Shown: positions 24,919-35,068 of the stretch, piece by piece
Layout of the letters: each line of letters opens with the position of its first letter
Numbering within the stretch: position 1 is the stretch's first letter
Assembly: GCA_016938425.1 (NCBI GenBank)
Contig: JAFGUR010000083.1
Location: 1-40,737 of the forward strand
Length of the DNA: 40,737 nt
Reading direction: 5' to 3'
Origin: Fusobacteriaceae bacterium
Lineage (GTDB): Bacteria; Fusobacteriota; Fusobacteriia; Fusobacteriales; Fusobacteriaceae
Translations under genes and position numbers: made by a program
Notes under the pieces: model-generated
The model's input: the letters and a program-made list of their open reading frames with translations, nothing else
What the model was told of the DNA's origin: nothing
Database searches by the model: none

Positions 24919-25793
24919 CCTTTCAAGAAATGATACTTGCCCTTCAAGAATTTTGGAGTAAACAAGGTTGTGCAATAAGTAATCCATATGACATTGAAAC
25001 AGGTGCGGGAACATTTAACCCAAACACATTTTTAATGAGTTTAGGACCAGAGCCTTGGAATATAGCATATGTTGAGCCATCAAGAAGACCAAAAGATGGA
25101 AGATATGGTGAAAATCCTAATAGAGTTTATCAACATCATCAATTTCAAGTTATAATGAAACCATCTCCAGATAATATACAAGAACTTTACTTAGAAAGTT
25201 TAAGAATGTTAGGTATAGATCCTACTAAACATGACATAAGATTCGTCGAAGATGACTGGGAGTCACCAACTCTGGGAGCTTGGGGATTAGGTTGGGAAGT
25301 TTGGCTAGATGGTATGGAAGTTACTCAATTTACATATTTTCAACAAGTTGGAGGATTAGAGTTAGATGTTGTTCCAGTAGAAATTACATATGGACTTGAG
25401 AGATTAGCTATTTATATTCAAGGCAAAGAAAATGTTTACGATTTAGAATGGTCTCATGGAGTAAAATATGGAGATATGAGATTCCAAATGGAATATGAGT
25501 TTTCAAAATACTCTTTTGAAATTGCAGATAGAGATTCTCATTTCACTTGGTATGATATGTTTGAAAAGGAAGCTTTAAGAGCTTTAGATGCTAATTTAGT
25601 ATTCCCTGCATATGATTATGTATTGAAATGCTCACATATCTTTAACGTACTAGACGCAAGAGGTGCAATTTCAGTAACTGAAAGACAATCTTATATATTA
25701 AGAGTCAGAGACCTTGCTAAAAGATGTGCTGAAGTATTTGTAGAGAATAGAAGAAAACTTGGATTCCCATTACTTAAAAATAATGAAAAGTAG
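24915..25793 (+). CDS. glyQ: Glycine--tRNA ligase alpha subunit
   Basis: Highly conserved GlyQ sequence ([48 protein letters not shown]). Confidence 0.95.
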   Translation: MTFQEMILALQEFWSKQGCAISNPYDIETGAGTFNPNTFLMSLGPEPWNIAYVEPSRRPKDGRYGENPNRVYQHHQFQVIMKPSPDNIQELYLESLRMLGIDPTKHDIRFVEDDWESPTLGAWGLGWEVWLDGMEVTQFTYFQQVGGLELDVVPVEITYGLERLAIYIQGKENVYDLEWSHGVKYGDMRFQMEYEFSKYSFEIADRDSHFTWYDMFEKEALRALDANLVFPAYDYVLKCSHIFNVLDARGAISVTERQSYILRVRDLAKRCAEVFVENRRKLGFPLLKNNEK

Positions 25794-25803
25794 GAGGCTG
25801 TAA

Positions 25804-27870
25804 GTGAACATATTATTAGAAATTGGATTAGAAGAAATTCCTGCTAGATTTTTAAAACCTAGTTTAAATGATATAGAAACTTTTATAAGTAAAGAATTAA
25901 AAGAAAATAGAATTTCTTTTGGAGAAATAAAAACTATGGGTACTCCTAGAAGATTGGTTCTAGAAGTAAGTTCATTAGCTGATAAACAAGAAGATTTAAA
26001 TGAAATTAATATTGGACCATCAAAGTCAGTTGCTTTTAATGATGATGGGCAACCTACTAAAGCATGTTTAGGATTTGCAAAATCTCAAAATGTTGAGGTA
26101 GAAAATTTAGAAATTATTGACAATGGAAAAGGTGAATATATTGCTGTTAAAAAGTTTTTAACAGGAAAAAATACTGAAACTTTATTACCTGAAATTTTAA
26201 AAAACTTAATATTAAATCTTTCTTTCCCAAAATCAATGAAATGGGGAACTAAGAAATTTAGATTTGCAAGACCATTGAGATGGATTTTAGCTTTAGCTGA
26301 TACAAAAGTTATTTCTTTTGAAATTGAAGGGATTTCAAGTGGAAATTCTTCAAAAGGTCATAGATTCTTTGGAAATCCTGAATTTACAGTAGATTCTATT
26401 TCTGATTACTATGCAAAACTTAGAGAAAACTTTGTAATTGTGAATATTGATGAAAGAAGAAAAAGTATTGTTAAACAAATTAATGATAGATGTATTCAAA
26501 ATAACGAAAAAGTTCATATAGAAGACTGGTTATTAGATGAAGTGACTAACTTAGTTGAATATCCTTATCCATTAGTTGGAACATTTAATACTGAATTTTT
26601 AGAAGTCCCTCAAGAAGTTTTAATTATTTCAATGCAAGTCCATCAAAGATATTTCCCAATTTTAGATGAAAATGGAAAATTATTACCAAAATTTGTAGTA
26701 GTTAGAAATGGTATAGAAGATTCACCTTTTGTTGTAAAAGGTAATGAAACTGTAATTGGTGCTAGACTTAGTGACGCAAGATTCTTTTACAATGAAGACT
26801 TAAAGAAAAATCTTGAAGAATTTGTAGAAAGCTTGAAAACTGTTGTTTTCCAAAAAGATTTAGGAACAATTTATGCTAAAGTAGAGAGAACTAAAGAACT
26901 TGGAGAATTTATAGGTAAAAACATTGATGATAATAAAATTGATAATATTTTAAGAACAATACACCTTGCTAAAGCTGACTTAATGTCTAATATGATTGGG
27001 GAAAAAGAATTTACTAAATTACAAGGATTTATGGGACACCAATATGCCCTTGTTGCTGGTGAAGATAAAAACGTTGCTTTAGGTATTGAAGAGCATTATT
27101 TACCAAGATTCCAAGGTGATTCATTACCAACAACGCTTGAAGGTGCTATTGCAGGTATTGCTGATAAAGTTGATACTTTAGTAGGGTGTTTTGGAATTGG
27201 ATTAATTCCTAGTGGTTCAAAAGATCCATATGCTTTAAGAAGAGCAACTCAAGGTATTGTTAGTGTTATTTTAAATTCAAAATTAAATATTTCTTTAAAA
27301 GAAATTATTAACCTAAGTATTTCAATCTATGAAATTAAAGGAATTTTGAAAAATTCTAAAGAACAAGTATTCAAAGATGTTTACGAATTCTTTAAACAAA
27401 GAATTATTAATATTTTAACTGATAAAGGCTATAAAAAAGATATTGTTAATGCTGTTGTAAATATAGACTTTGATAATTTAGTTGAGGTAGAAGAAAAAAT
27501 TATTACTTTATCTAAAATAAGTTCATCTGATGAATTTATTGAAATAGTTAACCTTATTAAAAGAATTGAAAACATTGTTAAAGATTCAGAAAATTTAGAT
27601 ATAAATTATGATTTGTTAATTGAAAATAGTGAAAAGGAGTTATCAAAATTTGCTCGTGAATTTACTGAAAAATCAAATGAATTTTTACTAGAAAAAGATT
27701 TTGAAAAATATTTCCATCTTATTCTTTCTGGTAAAAACATAATTAATAATTTTTTTGATTCTGTAATGGTTATGGATAAAAATGAAGAAATAAAAAATAA
27801 CAGAATTGCTATTTTAAAATCATTAGACATACAGTTTAAAAAAGTAGCAGACATCAAGGAGATTGAGTAA
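25804..27870 (+). CDS. glyS: Glycine--tRNA ligase beta subunit
   Basis: GTG start after AGGAGG. N-terminus LLEIGLEEIPARF and the motif HQRYFP. 688 aa. Directly follows glyQ. Confidence 0.92.
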   Translation: MNILLEIGLEEIPARFLKPSLNDIETFISKELKENRISFGEIKTMGTPRRLVLEVSSLADKQEDLNEINIGPSKSVAFNDDGQPTKACLGFAKSQNVEVENLEIIDNGKGEYIAVKKFLTGKNTETLLPEILKNLILNLSFPKSMKWGTKKFRFARPLRWILALADTKVISFEIEGISSGNSSKGHRFFGNPEFTVDSISDYYAKLRENFVIVNIDERRKSIVKQINDRCIQNNEKVHIEDWLLDEVTNLVEYPYPLVGTFNTEFLEVPQEVLIISMQVHQRYFPILDENGKLLPKFVVVRNGIEDSPFVVKGNETVIGARLSDARFFYNEDLKKNLEEFVESLKTVVFQKDLGTIYAKVERTKELGEFIGKNIDDNKIDNILRTIHLAKADLMSNMIGEKEFTKLQGFMGHQYALVAGEDKNVALGIEEHYLPRFQGDSLPTTLEGAIAGIADKVDTLVGCFGIGLIPSGSKDPYALRRATQGIVSVILNSKLNISLKEIINLSISIYEIKGILKNSKEQVFKDVYEFFKQRIINILTDKGYKKDIVNAVVNIDFDNLVEVEEKIITLSKISSSDEFIEIVNLIKRIENIVKDSENLDINYDLLIENSEKELSKFAREFTEKSNEFLLEKDFEKYFHLILSGKNIINNFFDSVMVMDKNEEIKNNRIAILKSLDIQFKKVADIKEIE

Positions 27871-27874
27871 TTTA

Positions 27875-28114
27875 ATGGAAACTTTTAAAACTAGTGGTGT
27901 TTGTGCAAAAGAAATTATTTTTAGTATTGAAAATGGAATTATCAATAATGTTCAATTTATTGGTGGTTGCAATGGAAATTTAAAAGGAATTTCAAATTTA
28001 ATTAAAGGTTTAGATGTTCATACAGTTATTGAAAAACTGGAAGGTACTAAATGTGGTCCAAGAAATACTTCTTGTCCTGACCAACTTGCTAAAGCTTTAA
28101 AACAATACATTTAA
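27875..28114 (+). CDS. TSCPD-domain small protein (TIGR03905-like)
   Basis: Pattern FKTSGVCAKEI...GGCNGNLKG...GTKCGPRNTSCPDQLAKAL. ATG 27875 preferred over the track TTG 27863, which overlaps the glyS stop. Confidence 0.65.
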   Translation: METFKTSGVCAKEIIFSIENGIINNVQFIGGCNGNLKGISNLIKGLDVHTVIEKLEGTKCGPRNTSCPDQLAKALKQYI

Positions 28115-28140
28115 CAGAAGGTTTTACCTTCTGTTTTTTT
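28115..28140 (+). terminator. Intrinsic terminator
   Basis: CAGAAGG-tttta-CCTTCTG followed by TTTTTTT, immediately after the stop codon. Confidence 0.75.
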
Positions 28141-28150
28141 AAGGAGATAT

Positions 28151-28489
28151 ATGGTTATTCAGATTTTTGGTAAAAAAAGTTGTAATAATACTAAAAAAGC
28201 CGAAAGATTTTTTAAAGAAAGAAATATTAAATATCAATTTATTGATTTAAATAAATATCCTATTTCTAAAGGCGAACTTAAAGTAATTACAAATAAATTC
28301 TCTATTGATGATTTACTTGATGTAGAAGGCACTGAGTATAAGAAAAGAAATTTACAATATTTTGTATATGACACTCAAGAATTACTTGATGAAAATCCTT
28401 GTTTATACAAAACTCCAATTCTCAGATATAAAAATTCTGTAACATTAGGATATCATCCAGACATATGGCATGAATGGATTAAAAAATGA
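28151..28489 (+). CDS. ArsC/Spx-family thioredoxin-fold protein (YffB-like)
   Basis: N-terminal IQIFGKKSCNNTKKAERFFKERNIKYQFIDL is the ArsC-family beta-alpha-beta start with a single active-site Cys. 112 aa. Confidence 0.65.
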   Translation: MVIQIFGKKSCNNTKKAERFFKERNIKYQFIDLNKYPISKGELKVITNKFSIDDLLDVEGTEYKKRNLQYFVYDTQELLDENPCLYKTPILRYKNSVTLGYHPDIWHEWIKK

Positions 28490-28509
28490 GAATACTAAAA
28501 AGTATTCTC
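28488..28509. terminator. Bidirectional hairpin between convergent genes
   Basis: GAGAATACT-aaaa-AGTATTCTC spans the stop codons of both the ArsC-family gene and cheR. Confidence 0.5.
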
Positions 28510-29308
28510 ATTTCCTTCTATACACTGTTGGTTGAACATATTCTAACGAATGCTTTACATGACTTAAACTTTCAGAATGACCTATAAAAAGAAGTCCTCC
28601 ATGATTTAAATATTGATGAAATTTTCTTGCTAATTCTTCGTGAAAGTTATTGTCAAAATATATCATAACATTTCTACAAAAAATAATATCAAAAGTACTC
28701 TTAAATGGAAAATTTTCTTTCAAATTAAAGCTTCTAAAAGTAATAAGTTTCTTTATATCTTCTACTACTTCATATTCATCACCTTTTTTTATAAAATATT
28801 TTGATAAAAATATTGGTGGAACTTGGGTTTTTACTACAGATTTATACCTACCTTTCACAGCAATATTCAAAACCCTCTGGCTTATATCTGTTGCCAATAT
28901 TTTAATTGTAATTTGAGGAGGTAAATATTCTTTTAATATCATTGCTATTGTATAGGGTTCTTCTCCAGATGAACATGCTGAGCTCCAAACTCTTATTTCC
29001 TTATGAATGTCTATTCTTCTATTTTTTTTCATTATATCTACAATATTATCTCTTATAAAATTAAAATGATTAATTTCCCTAAAAAAATCTGTTTTATTTA
29101 TTGTAACTTCATTCAAAAGATCTGTTAACATTTTTTTGTCTTTTGCTAATTTTAGAAGGGTATAATACTCTTCTACAGAGTTTACTCCTGCACTCTTCAT
29201 CAACTTTGAAATTTTCATTTCAAATATATTCATTTTACTATTGGAAACTTTTATTCCAAAATTTTCATACACGAAATCAGCTAAAAGATAAAATTCTCTA
29301 TTTTTCAT
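28508..29308 (-). CDS. cheR: Chemotaxis protein methyltransferase CheR
   Basis: SAM-binding motif VWSSACSSGEEPYTIAM and the CRNVMIYFD motif. 266 aa. Confidence 0.88.
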   Translation of the reverse strand: MKNREFYLLADFVYENFGIKVSNSKMNIFEMKISKLMKSAGVNSVEEYYTLLKLAKDKKMLTDLLNEVTINKTDFFREINHFNFIRDNIVDIMKKNRRIDIHKEIRVWSSACSSGEEPYTIAMILKEYLPPQITIKILATDISQRVLNIAVKGRYKSVVKTQVPPIFLSKYFIKKGDEYEVVEDIKKLITFRSFNLKENFPFKSTFDIIFCRNVMIYFDNNFHEELARKFHQYLNHGGLLFIGHSESLSHVKHSLEYVQPTVYRRK

Positions 29309-29310
29309 CT

Positions 29311-31278
29311 TTAAAAATCCATGCTATCTTCGTTCAAAGGAATAATATTTTCAGGAGAAAACTCTTTTGAACTATTTTCTTTTTTCTTACTTTGTCTTAA
29401 GGAGGATGTTATTATTTTTTCATGCTTTACTGGTTTTATAGAACTTTTCATTGTGTGACTTATAGCTCCTTTTTCCCCATCAACCAAGACAACTAATCTA
29501 TCTACAATTTCCATTAAGCTCTCTGCTTGTGCACTAAGTTCTTCAGACGAAGAAGCACTTTCTTCTGCTCCACTTGCTATATTTTGAGTTACTTGTTCCA
29601 TCTGATTAACGGCTTTATTTATTTGGAATATTCCTTGTGATTGTTCTTGACTGGCAGTTGTTATTTCATCCATAATTTCATTTACTTTTTTAGATTGAAC
29701 TCTTATTTCATCTAAAGAATGAGCAACTTTTTCTGCTATTTCTGCTCCCTTATCTGCTCTAATTATACTTGTTTCTATCATTGCAGCAGTATCTTTTGCA
29801 GCTTGTGCAGACCTTTGAGCCAAATTTCTTACTTCTTCAGCAACAACTGCAAATCCCATTCCTGCTTCTCCAGCCCCTGCTGCCTCTACAGCAGCATTTA
29901 ACGCTAATATGTTAGTTTGGAATGCTATATCATCAATAACCTTAATAATCTTTGATATTTCTGAAGACGAAGCTTTAATTTCTTTCATAGCAATCATCAT
30001 TTCTTGCATTTCACTATTTCCTTTATCTGCTGAATCTCTCGCATTATTTGATAATAGTGATGCTTGTTTTGTATTTTCTGTATTTTGTTGTACCATTGAT
30101 GAAGTTTGATCAAGGGTAGAAGAAGTTTCTTCTATTGCTGCAGCTTGTTCACTACTTCCTTCAGCCAAACTTTGACTAGCATATGACAATTGTTCTGATG
30201 CTTGAAATACTTGTTCAGCTCCTGTCTTTAAGTTAGAAACAATCGCATTGATGGATGATGTAATAGATTTAATAATTGTACTAGATAAAACTACTCCTAA
30301 TATAAACGCAATAATCAAACCAATTATCATTATGAATGTTGAAAATGTAAGTGTTGTATTTGTAGCCTTTGCAATTCTTGAAGTATTACTTATTCCTAAT
30401 TCATTAATTTTAGTTAAATTTTCTACTAGTTCAATTGATCTTTGTGATCTTACTTTTTCCATATCTGTTCTACTTTTCCAAACTACTTGAAGCTCTGATA
30501 AATCCTTTTTATATTTTTCTCCCGAACTTATAATTAATTCTAGTTGATTCATATTTTCTTCTTTGGATGTCTTATTCTTCAACTCTGTAATTATAGAATC
30601 AATTTTATTAAAACTATTAATAGCACCATCTAAAATACTTACATCTCTTAGAGCTTGAGCACGATAATTTAAAATTCTTATATCTGATATTAAATTTACA
30701 ATTTCATTTATCTTATCAATTTTCTCTATTCTTCCCATAACTTCTGATTGATTTTTCCCATTTTTTACTTCTTCAGCAAGCTTTGATTCTTGGCTAGATA
30801 AATATTTATGAGAGTTTTCTAAAAATATTTCTGCTACACCTTTCATATCTTCTGTTAATGAATCAATTTTCTCATTCATTTCTTTTGTCTGTAAAACATA
30901 CTTATCATATTCATTGTAAGAATTTTCTACCTTAGACAAATACTCTTTAAGCTCAGGGATATTTTTCGTATCCTTTGAAAGCTCTTGAAATTTTAACAAT
31001 ATTGTTTTAAAGTTTTCTCCTTCTAGTTTATACTCATCATAGTAATTTCTTGTACCAACCAATCCAAAACTTCTACTACTTAATCTCATTGAGTTTATAG
31101 ATTCTGTTAAATTAGAAGCTAGCCCTACTGAAGGGGCATATTCTTTATCAAGTTTTTTTGCACTACTTCCAGACTTAGTCATTGACACCACAGAAATTAA
31201 ACCTAACAATAAAAAAATTCCTAGTATACTTGAAAAACCATAACTTATTTTTTTACTTAACTTCATTTTTTCAAACAT
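29311..31278 (-). CDS. Methyl-accepting chemotaxis protein
   Basis: N-terminal TM. About 280 aa helical sensor domain. Second TM. Conserved signalling hairpin IAFQTNILALNAAVEAAGAGEAGMGFAVVAEEVRNLAQRSA. Confidence 0.9.
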   Translation of the reverse strand: MFEKMKLSKKISYGFSSILGIFLLLGLISVVSMTKSGSSAKKLDKEYAPSVGLASNLTESINSMRLSSRSFGLVGTRNYYDEYKLEGENFKTILLKFQELSKDTKNIPELKEYLSKVENSYNEYDKYVLQTKEMNEKIDSLTEDMKGVAEIFLENSHKYLSSQESKLAEEVKNGKNQSEVMGRIEKIDKINEIVNLISDIRILNYRAQALRDVSILDGAINSFNKIDSIITELKNKTSKEENMNQLELIISSGEKYKKDLSELQVVWKSRTDMEKVRSQRSIELVENLTKINELGISNTSRIAKATNTTLTFSTFIMIIGLIIAFILGVVLSSTIIKSITSSINAIVSNLKTGAEQVFQASEQLSYASQSLAEGSSEQAAAIEETSSTLDQTSSMVQQNTENTKQASLLSNNARDSADKGNSEMQEMMIAMKEIKASSSEISKIIKVIDDIAFQTNILALNAAVEAAGAGEAGMGFAVVAEEVRNLAQRSAQAAKDTAAMIETSIIRADKGAEIAEKVAHSLDEIRVQSKKVNEIMDEITTASQEQSQGIFQINKAVNQMEQVTQNIASGAEESASSSEELSAQAESLMEIVDRLVVLVDGEKGAISHTMKSSIKPVKHEKIITSSLRQSKKKENSSKEFSPENIIPLNEDSMDF

Positions 31279-31754
31279 TATAAAACCCCCTGAACTTCTT
31301 CATTTTTTATTTCAATATTGTTCACGATTTTAGTAATATCAAGTAAAATAATAATTTTGCTCTTTGTTTTTGCTATTCCTTCAACAAAAAGATCTCCTAC
31401 TTTAGAATAATCGTCTTCAAAATCTTCTAATTCTGAAGACTTTATATCAGAAACTTCAGATACACTATCAACAACTATTCCAATTTTCTTTTTCCCTTTT
31501 TGTCCTTCTACCTCAACTATAATTATACAAGTTCTTTCGCTATATTCTTTTTCTTCCATTCCAAGCCGAAGTCTTAAATCCATTACTGTAATAATTTTAC
31601 CCCTTAAATTAATTACACCTTTCATATAATCAGGCATATTAGGCACTGGAGTAATGTTCATCATTGCATTAATTTCTTTAACTGATTTTATAGAAATTCC
31701 ATATATTTCTTTTTCTAATAAAAAAGTTAAATACTTCCCATCAATTTCTTTCAT
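31278..31754 (-). CDS. cheW: CheW-like coupling protein
   Basis: Single CheW domain (YLTFLLEKEIYGISI..VINLRGKIITVMDLR..). ATG 31754 after GGGAGG preferred over the track TTG 31769. The TAATG junction overlaps the MCP start by 1 nt. Confidence 0.85.
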   Translation of the reverse strand: MKEIDGKYLTFLLEKEIYGISIKSVKEINAMMNITPVPNMPDYMKGVINLRGKIITVMDLRLRLGMEEKEYSERTCIIIVEVEGQKGKKKIGIVVDSVSEVSDIKSSELEDFEDDYSKVGDLFVEGIAKTKSKIIILLDITKIVNNIEIKNEEVQGVL

Positions 31755-31769
31755 AAACCTACCTCCCAA

Positions 31770-32963
31770 TTAGAAGTTACAGTTGCTAATTTTATCTTTT
31801 GGTAATTTTATTATGAATTTTGTTTCATGATTTGTCTCTGAATAAACAGAAATTTTACCATTTAATTTTTCTATTTCACTTTTAACAACATCTAAACCTA
31901 TTCCTCTACCTGAAATCTTATTTGCCTTATCTAAAGTTGTAAAACCTGGCAAAAAAATAGCTTCCATAACCTTATCTCCTTCATATCTTAACCCTCTTTC
32001 TTTTATTTTTTTATTAATTCTCTCTATGTCAATTTCTTTTCCATTATTCTTTATTTCAAAATAAAAATAATTATCCTTTATTTCTGTAGAAATTGTTATA
32101 ACATTTTTTTTATCACTCTCTTTAAATCCATGAGTTAAAGCATTCCTTATTATTTGAGAAAATGGAATAAGTAATTTATTTTGAATATTTTTATCTACTA
32201 TTATCGTACTTCCTTTATAAATTATATTTGCCTCAATTCCTGTAACTCTCATATTATAATTTATAACTTTTTCCAATTTATCATATAAATTCCTAATTTC
32301 AGAAGCCCTATATTTCTCTATATACCCTTCTATAATTAACAAATTTTTTTCAAGTTCATTAATATAATTATTACTATTTTCTTTTTTATAGTTTTGAGAT
32401 AATTCCCTTATAGCTTCAATTCTACATGCTAAATCATCCAGTTTTTTTAAAGGAACTTTAATAAATTCTTCATTTGCCAATAATAAATCGTCTAAACTAT
32501 CAATTTTATCATATTTTTTAACTCCTAAATTTCTTAAATTTGTAAAATGTGTTTGTATCAGTTTTTTAAATTCTCCATCTTTTTCTAATGTTAAATCTTT
32601 ACATAATTCTTTTATAATTTCTACAGAATTAATCAAAACTTCAAAAATTATTATATCAATTTTCAAAATATTGTTTTCCAGTTTTGATAAAACAGTTTCT
32701 GATTCGTGTGCAATATTTTCAATTATTGATTGAGAAGCAAAACCTGCTATACCTTTAATACTATGAAAAGACCTATACAAATACTTTAATGTTTCATTAT
32801 CAAAATTTTTTTTCTCTAAACCTAATAATTTTTCTTCTAAATGATCTAAAATTTCTAGAACCTCTTCTTTAAATTCATTTAAATTTTCTAAATCTAATTC
32901 TTCTCCCTTATTATTATTATACTTACCGTTTATAATGTCACTAATTGTTTTATCCATTTTCAT
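31770..32963 (-). CDS. cheA: CheA-type histidine kinase lacking P2 and P5 domains
   Basis: HPt motif FHSIKG (His codon 32763-32765). P3-like IKVPLKKLDDL. HATPase boxes IIRNALTHGF and SGRGIGLDVVKSEIEKLNG. The protein ends about 15 aa after the ATP-binding domain (397 aa in total). Confidence 0.75.
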   Translation of the reverse strand: MKMDKTISDIINGKYNNNKGEELDLENLNEFKEEVLEILDHLEEKLLGLEKKNFDNETLKYLYRSFHSIKGIAGFASQSIIENIAHESETVLSKLENNILKIDIIIFEVLINSVEIIKELCKDLTLEKDGEFKKLIQTHFTNLRNLGVKKYDKIDSLDDLLLANEEFIKVPLKKLDDLACRIEAIRELSQNYKKENSNNYINELEKNLLIIEGYIEKYRASEIRNLYDKLEKVINYNMRVTGIEANIIYKGSTIIVDKNIQNKLLIPFSQIIRNALTHGFKESDKKNVITISTEIKDNYFYFEIKNNGKEIDIERINKKIKERGLRYEGDKVMEAIFLPGFTTLDKANKISGRGIGLDVVKSEIEKLNGKISVYSETNHETKFIIKLPKDKISNCNF

Positions 32964-33019
32964 TCTCCCTAAAATACAATCTCTAATCTTGTATACACCT
33001 TTTTTCTAATTTTCCTACA

Positions 33020-33052
33020 AAAAAAAATAAAAAGCTTGAAAAAATCAAGCTA
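33020..33052 (-). terminator. Intrinsic terminator of the MATE gene
   Basis: AGCTTGA-aaaaa-TCAAGCT followed on the minus strand by a long T-run. Confidence 0.6.
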
Positions 33053-33078
33053 TAATTTATTTTTACTATTTAATTTTA

Positions 33079-34449
33079 TTATTTATTAAGAGTTATATTG
33101 TTTATCCATTTTTTACTTTTTACTCTTCTTGTTCCTATAAATACCTTTATAAGTTCTTCACTTCCTGTTAATAAATAGACAATATTTATTGCTAAGCCCC
33201 ACTTTAACCCCCCAAAATATGCTAAAGGAATAGCAATAAGCCATAAAGCTCCTACATCCATAAAAAGAGAAAACTTTGTATCGCCTCCACCTCTAAGTAT
33301 ACCGACAACAATTGCAGAATTTATTGACTTAAGAGGTATTATAAATGCTAGAGACAATACTGTTAGTTTAGCCATTTTAAACGTCTCTGGACTTAAATCA
33401 TAGACTTTTAAAATTGGAACACTTAAAATTAAAACAATAACTCCTGCAATAATTCCTTGAAACATAGAAAATTTTTGTAATTTTACTCCGTACTCCACAG
33501 CCTTATCTTCTTCTCCTGCTCCAATTGTATTCCCTATAACCACACTAGTTGCACTGGCTAATCCAATAAAAGCAACAAATACAACTCTTTCTATACTAGA
33601 AACTACATTAATCGTTGCTACTGCACTTGTACTCATTCTTGCATAAATCATTGCATAAGAGTTAATTCCTAATGCCCAAATACTTTCGTTCAAAATAACA
33701 GGTAAACTAATATTAATATAATTTTTTATAAAATCAAAATGATATCCAAACATCTCATTTACTTTAGCAGCCACTGGTAATTTATTCATATATACATAAA
33801 AAATTACTACTAAAAATTCTACTAATCTAGCAAACACAGTTGCTATCGCTGCTCCTTCTACCCCATAAGCTTTAAATCCAAATTTCCCAAAAATTAGTGT
33901 ATAATTAAACATAACATTTATTAATAAACTTGCACATGAAGCATATAGAGAAATTTTTGTAACTCCTATGGCTCTAAGCTGTAAAACGTATACAAAACTA
34001 AAAGCCCATATTATATATGAAAACCCTATTAACTTCAAATATTTTGCACCCAATAAAATAACTGCACTATCTTTTGTATAGACCATCAAAAGTTCTTCTG
34101 AATAAAATCTAGCACCAATAAAGAATATACTTGAACATATTATTGATAAAACTAATGATAACCCCAAAACTTTTTTTATACTTTTAATATCATTATCTCC
34201 CCAATATTGAGCAGTTAATACCCCTGCTCCACTTGTTATTCCAAACATAAGTAAGTTTAATAAAAAGCTTATTTGATTTGATAATCCTACTGCTGCAAGA
34301 GATGTTTCACCCAATTTCCCAATCATAAATACATCTGCAAAATTAACCATTGAAAAAACAAAGTTTTGCAAGGCTATTGGAACACCAATTCCAATTATTT
34401 TTCTTATTAATTCCTTATCTTTTATCATAAAATCCCTCCAAAAATTCAA
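33079..34449 (-). CDS. MATE-family efflux transporter
   Basis: 456 aa with about 12 hydrophobic segments. N-terminal pattern IGIGVPIALQNFVFSMVNFADVFMIGKLGETSLAAVG is typical of MATE/NorM. Confidence 0.8.
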   Translation of the reverse strand: MNFWRDFMIKDKELIRKIIGIGVPIALQNFVFSMVNFADVFMIGKLGETSLAAVGLSNQISFLLNLLMFGITSGAGVLTAQYWGDNDIKSIKKVLGLSLVLSIICSSIFFIGARFYSEELLMVYTKDSAVILLGAKYLKLIGFSYIIWAFSFVYVLQLRAIGVTKISLYASCASLLINVMFNYTLIFGKFGFKAYGVEGAAIATVFARLVEFLVVIFYVYMNKLPVAAKVNEMFGYHFDFIKNYINISLPVILNESIWALGINSYAMIYARMSTSAVATINVVSSIERVVFVAFIGLASATSVVIGNTIGAGEEDKAVEYGVKLQKFSMFQGIIAGVIVLILSVPILKVYDLSPETFKMAKLTVLSLAFIIPLKSINSAIVVGILRGGGDTKFSLFMDVGALWLIAIPLAYFGGLKWGLAINIVYLLTGSEELIKVFIGTRRVKSKKWINNITLNK

Positions 34450-34896
34450 TCATTTCCCACAGCATTTCTTATATTTTTTACCACTTCCACAGGGACATGG
34501 TTCATTTGGTTTAATTTTAATCTGTTTAGGAAAATCTAAAACACCATAATAAAGCCATTTATCATTAATTTTTTTAAACTTTGATTTTTCTTTATGCTCA
34601 CAAATATACATATTCTCTCTGTAATATGCAATAAAGGTTACTGTTTCTTCTTTTTCTGAGTAATCTAATATTTTTAAATCAACCCATTCTACTTTTTTAT
34701 TTGAATTTTCTAAATCTTCTAAAGTAAAATTTCTAGTTTCTTCACAATGAGTATCATATAAATATTTATAATTATTAGTTTTAAATGCAAAATATCTAGA
34801 CTTCATAAGTTCTAAAGGGCTTGACGGGTTAGAGATTTCATTAAAAAATTCTTTAAATTTAGCTATACTCTCTTCATTTTCTATATAATTCTTCAT
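34450..34896 (-). CDS. SEC-C motif protein (YchJ/UPF0225-like)
   Basis: C-terminal CPCGSGKKYKKCCG SEC-C metal-binding motif follows an NTF2-like body. Confidence 0.65.
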   Translation of the reverse strand: MKNYIENEESIAKFKEFFNEISNPSSPLELMKSRYFAFKTNNYKYLYDTHCEETRNFTLEDLENSNKKVEWVDLKILDYSEKEETVTFIAYYRENMYICEHKEKSKFKKINDKWLYYGVLDFPKQIKIKPNEPCPCGSGKKYKKCCGK

Positions 34897-35068
34897 TTTT
34901 CACCTCTAAGTATTCTATCATTTTTAAATTACACTTACAAGAAATTTCATCTATAAAACTTATTTTACATTTATATAAATTATCGGACTTAAAAATAACT
35001 TTCAAATATCTAAAAATTTTGATAAAATAATCATGGTTTAAAAATATATCTTAGGAGGTATTTTAGGA

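Noticed and set aside
13315-24965. Antisense ORFs 13315-13566, 17699-18061, 18620-18925, 21150-21533, 23902-24102 and 24771-24965
   Set aside because: All are embedded opposite strongly supported genes (AGE-like, tex, the kinase, ileS, lspA/glyQ) and have low-complexity translations.
34897-35068. Possible purine riboswitch or PurR box upstream of purK
   Set aside because: I read the leader on the plus strand and found no conserved purine-riboswitch three-way-junction core or convincing paired stems. The region is simply AT-rich.
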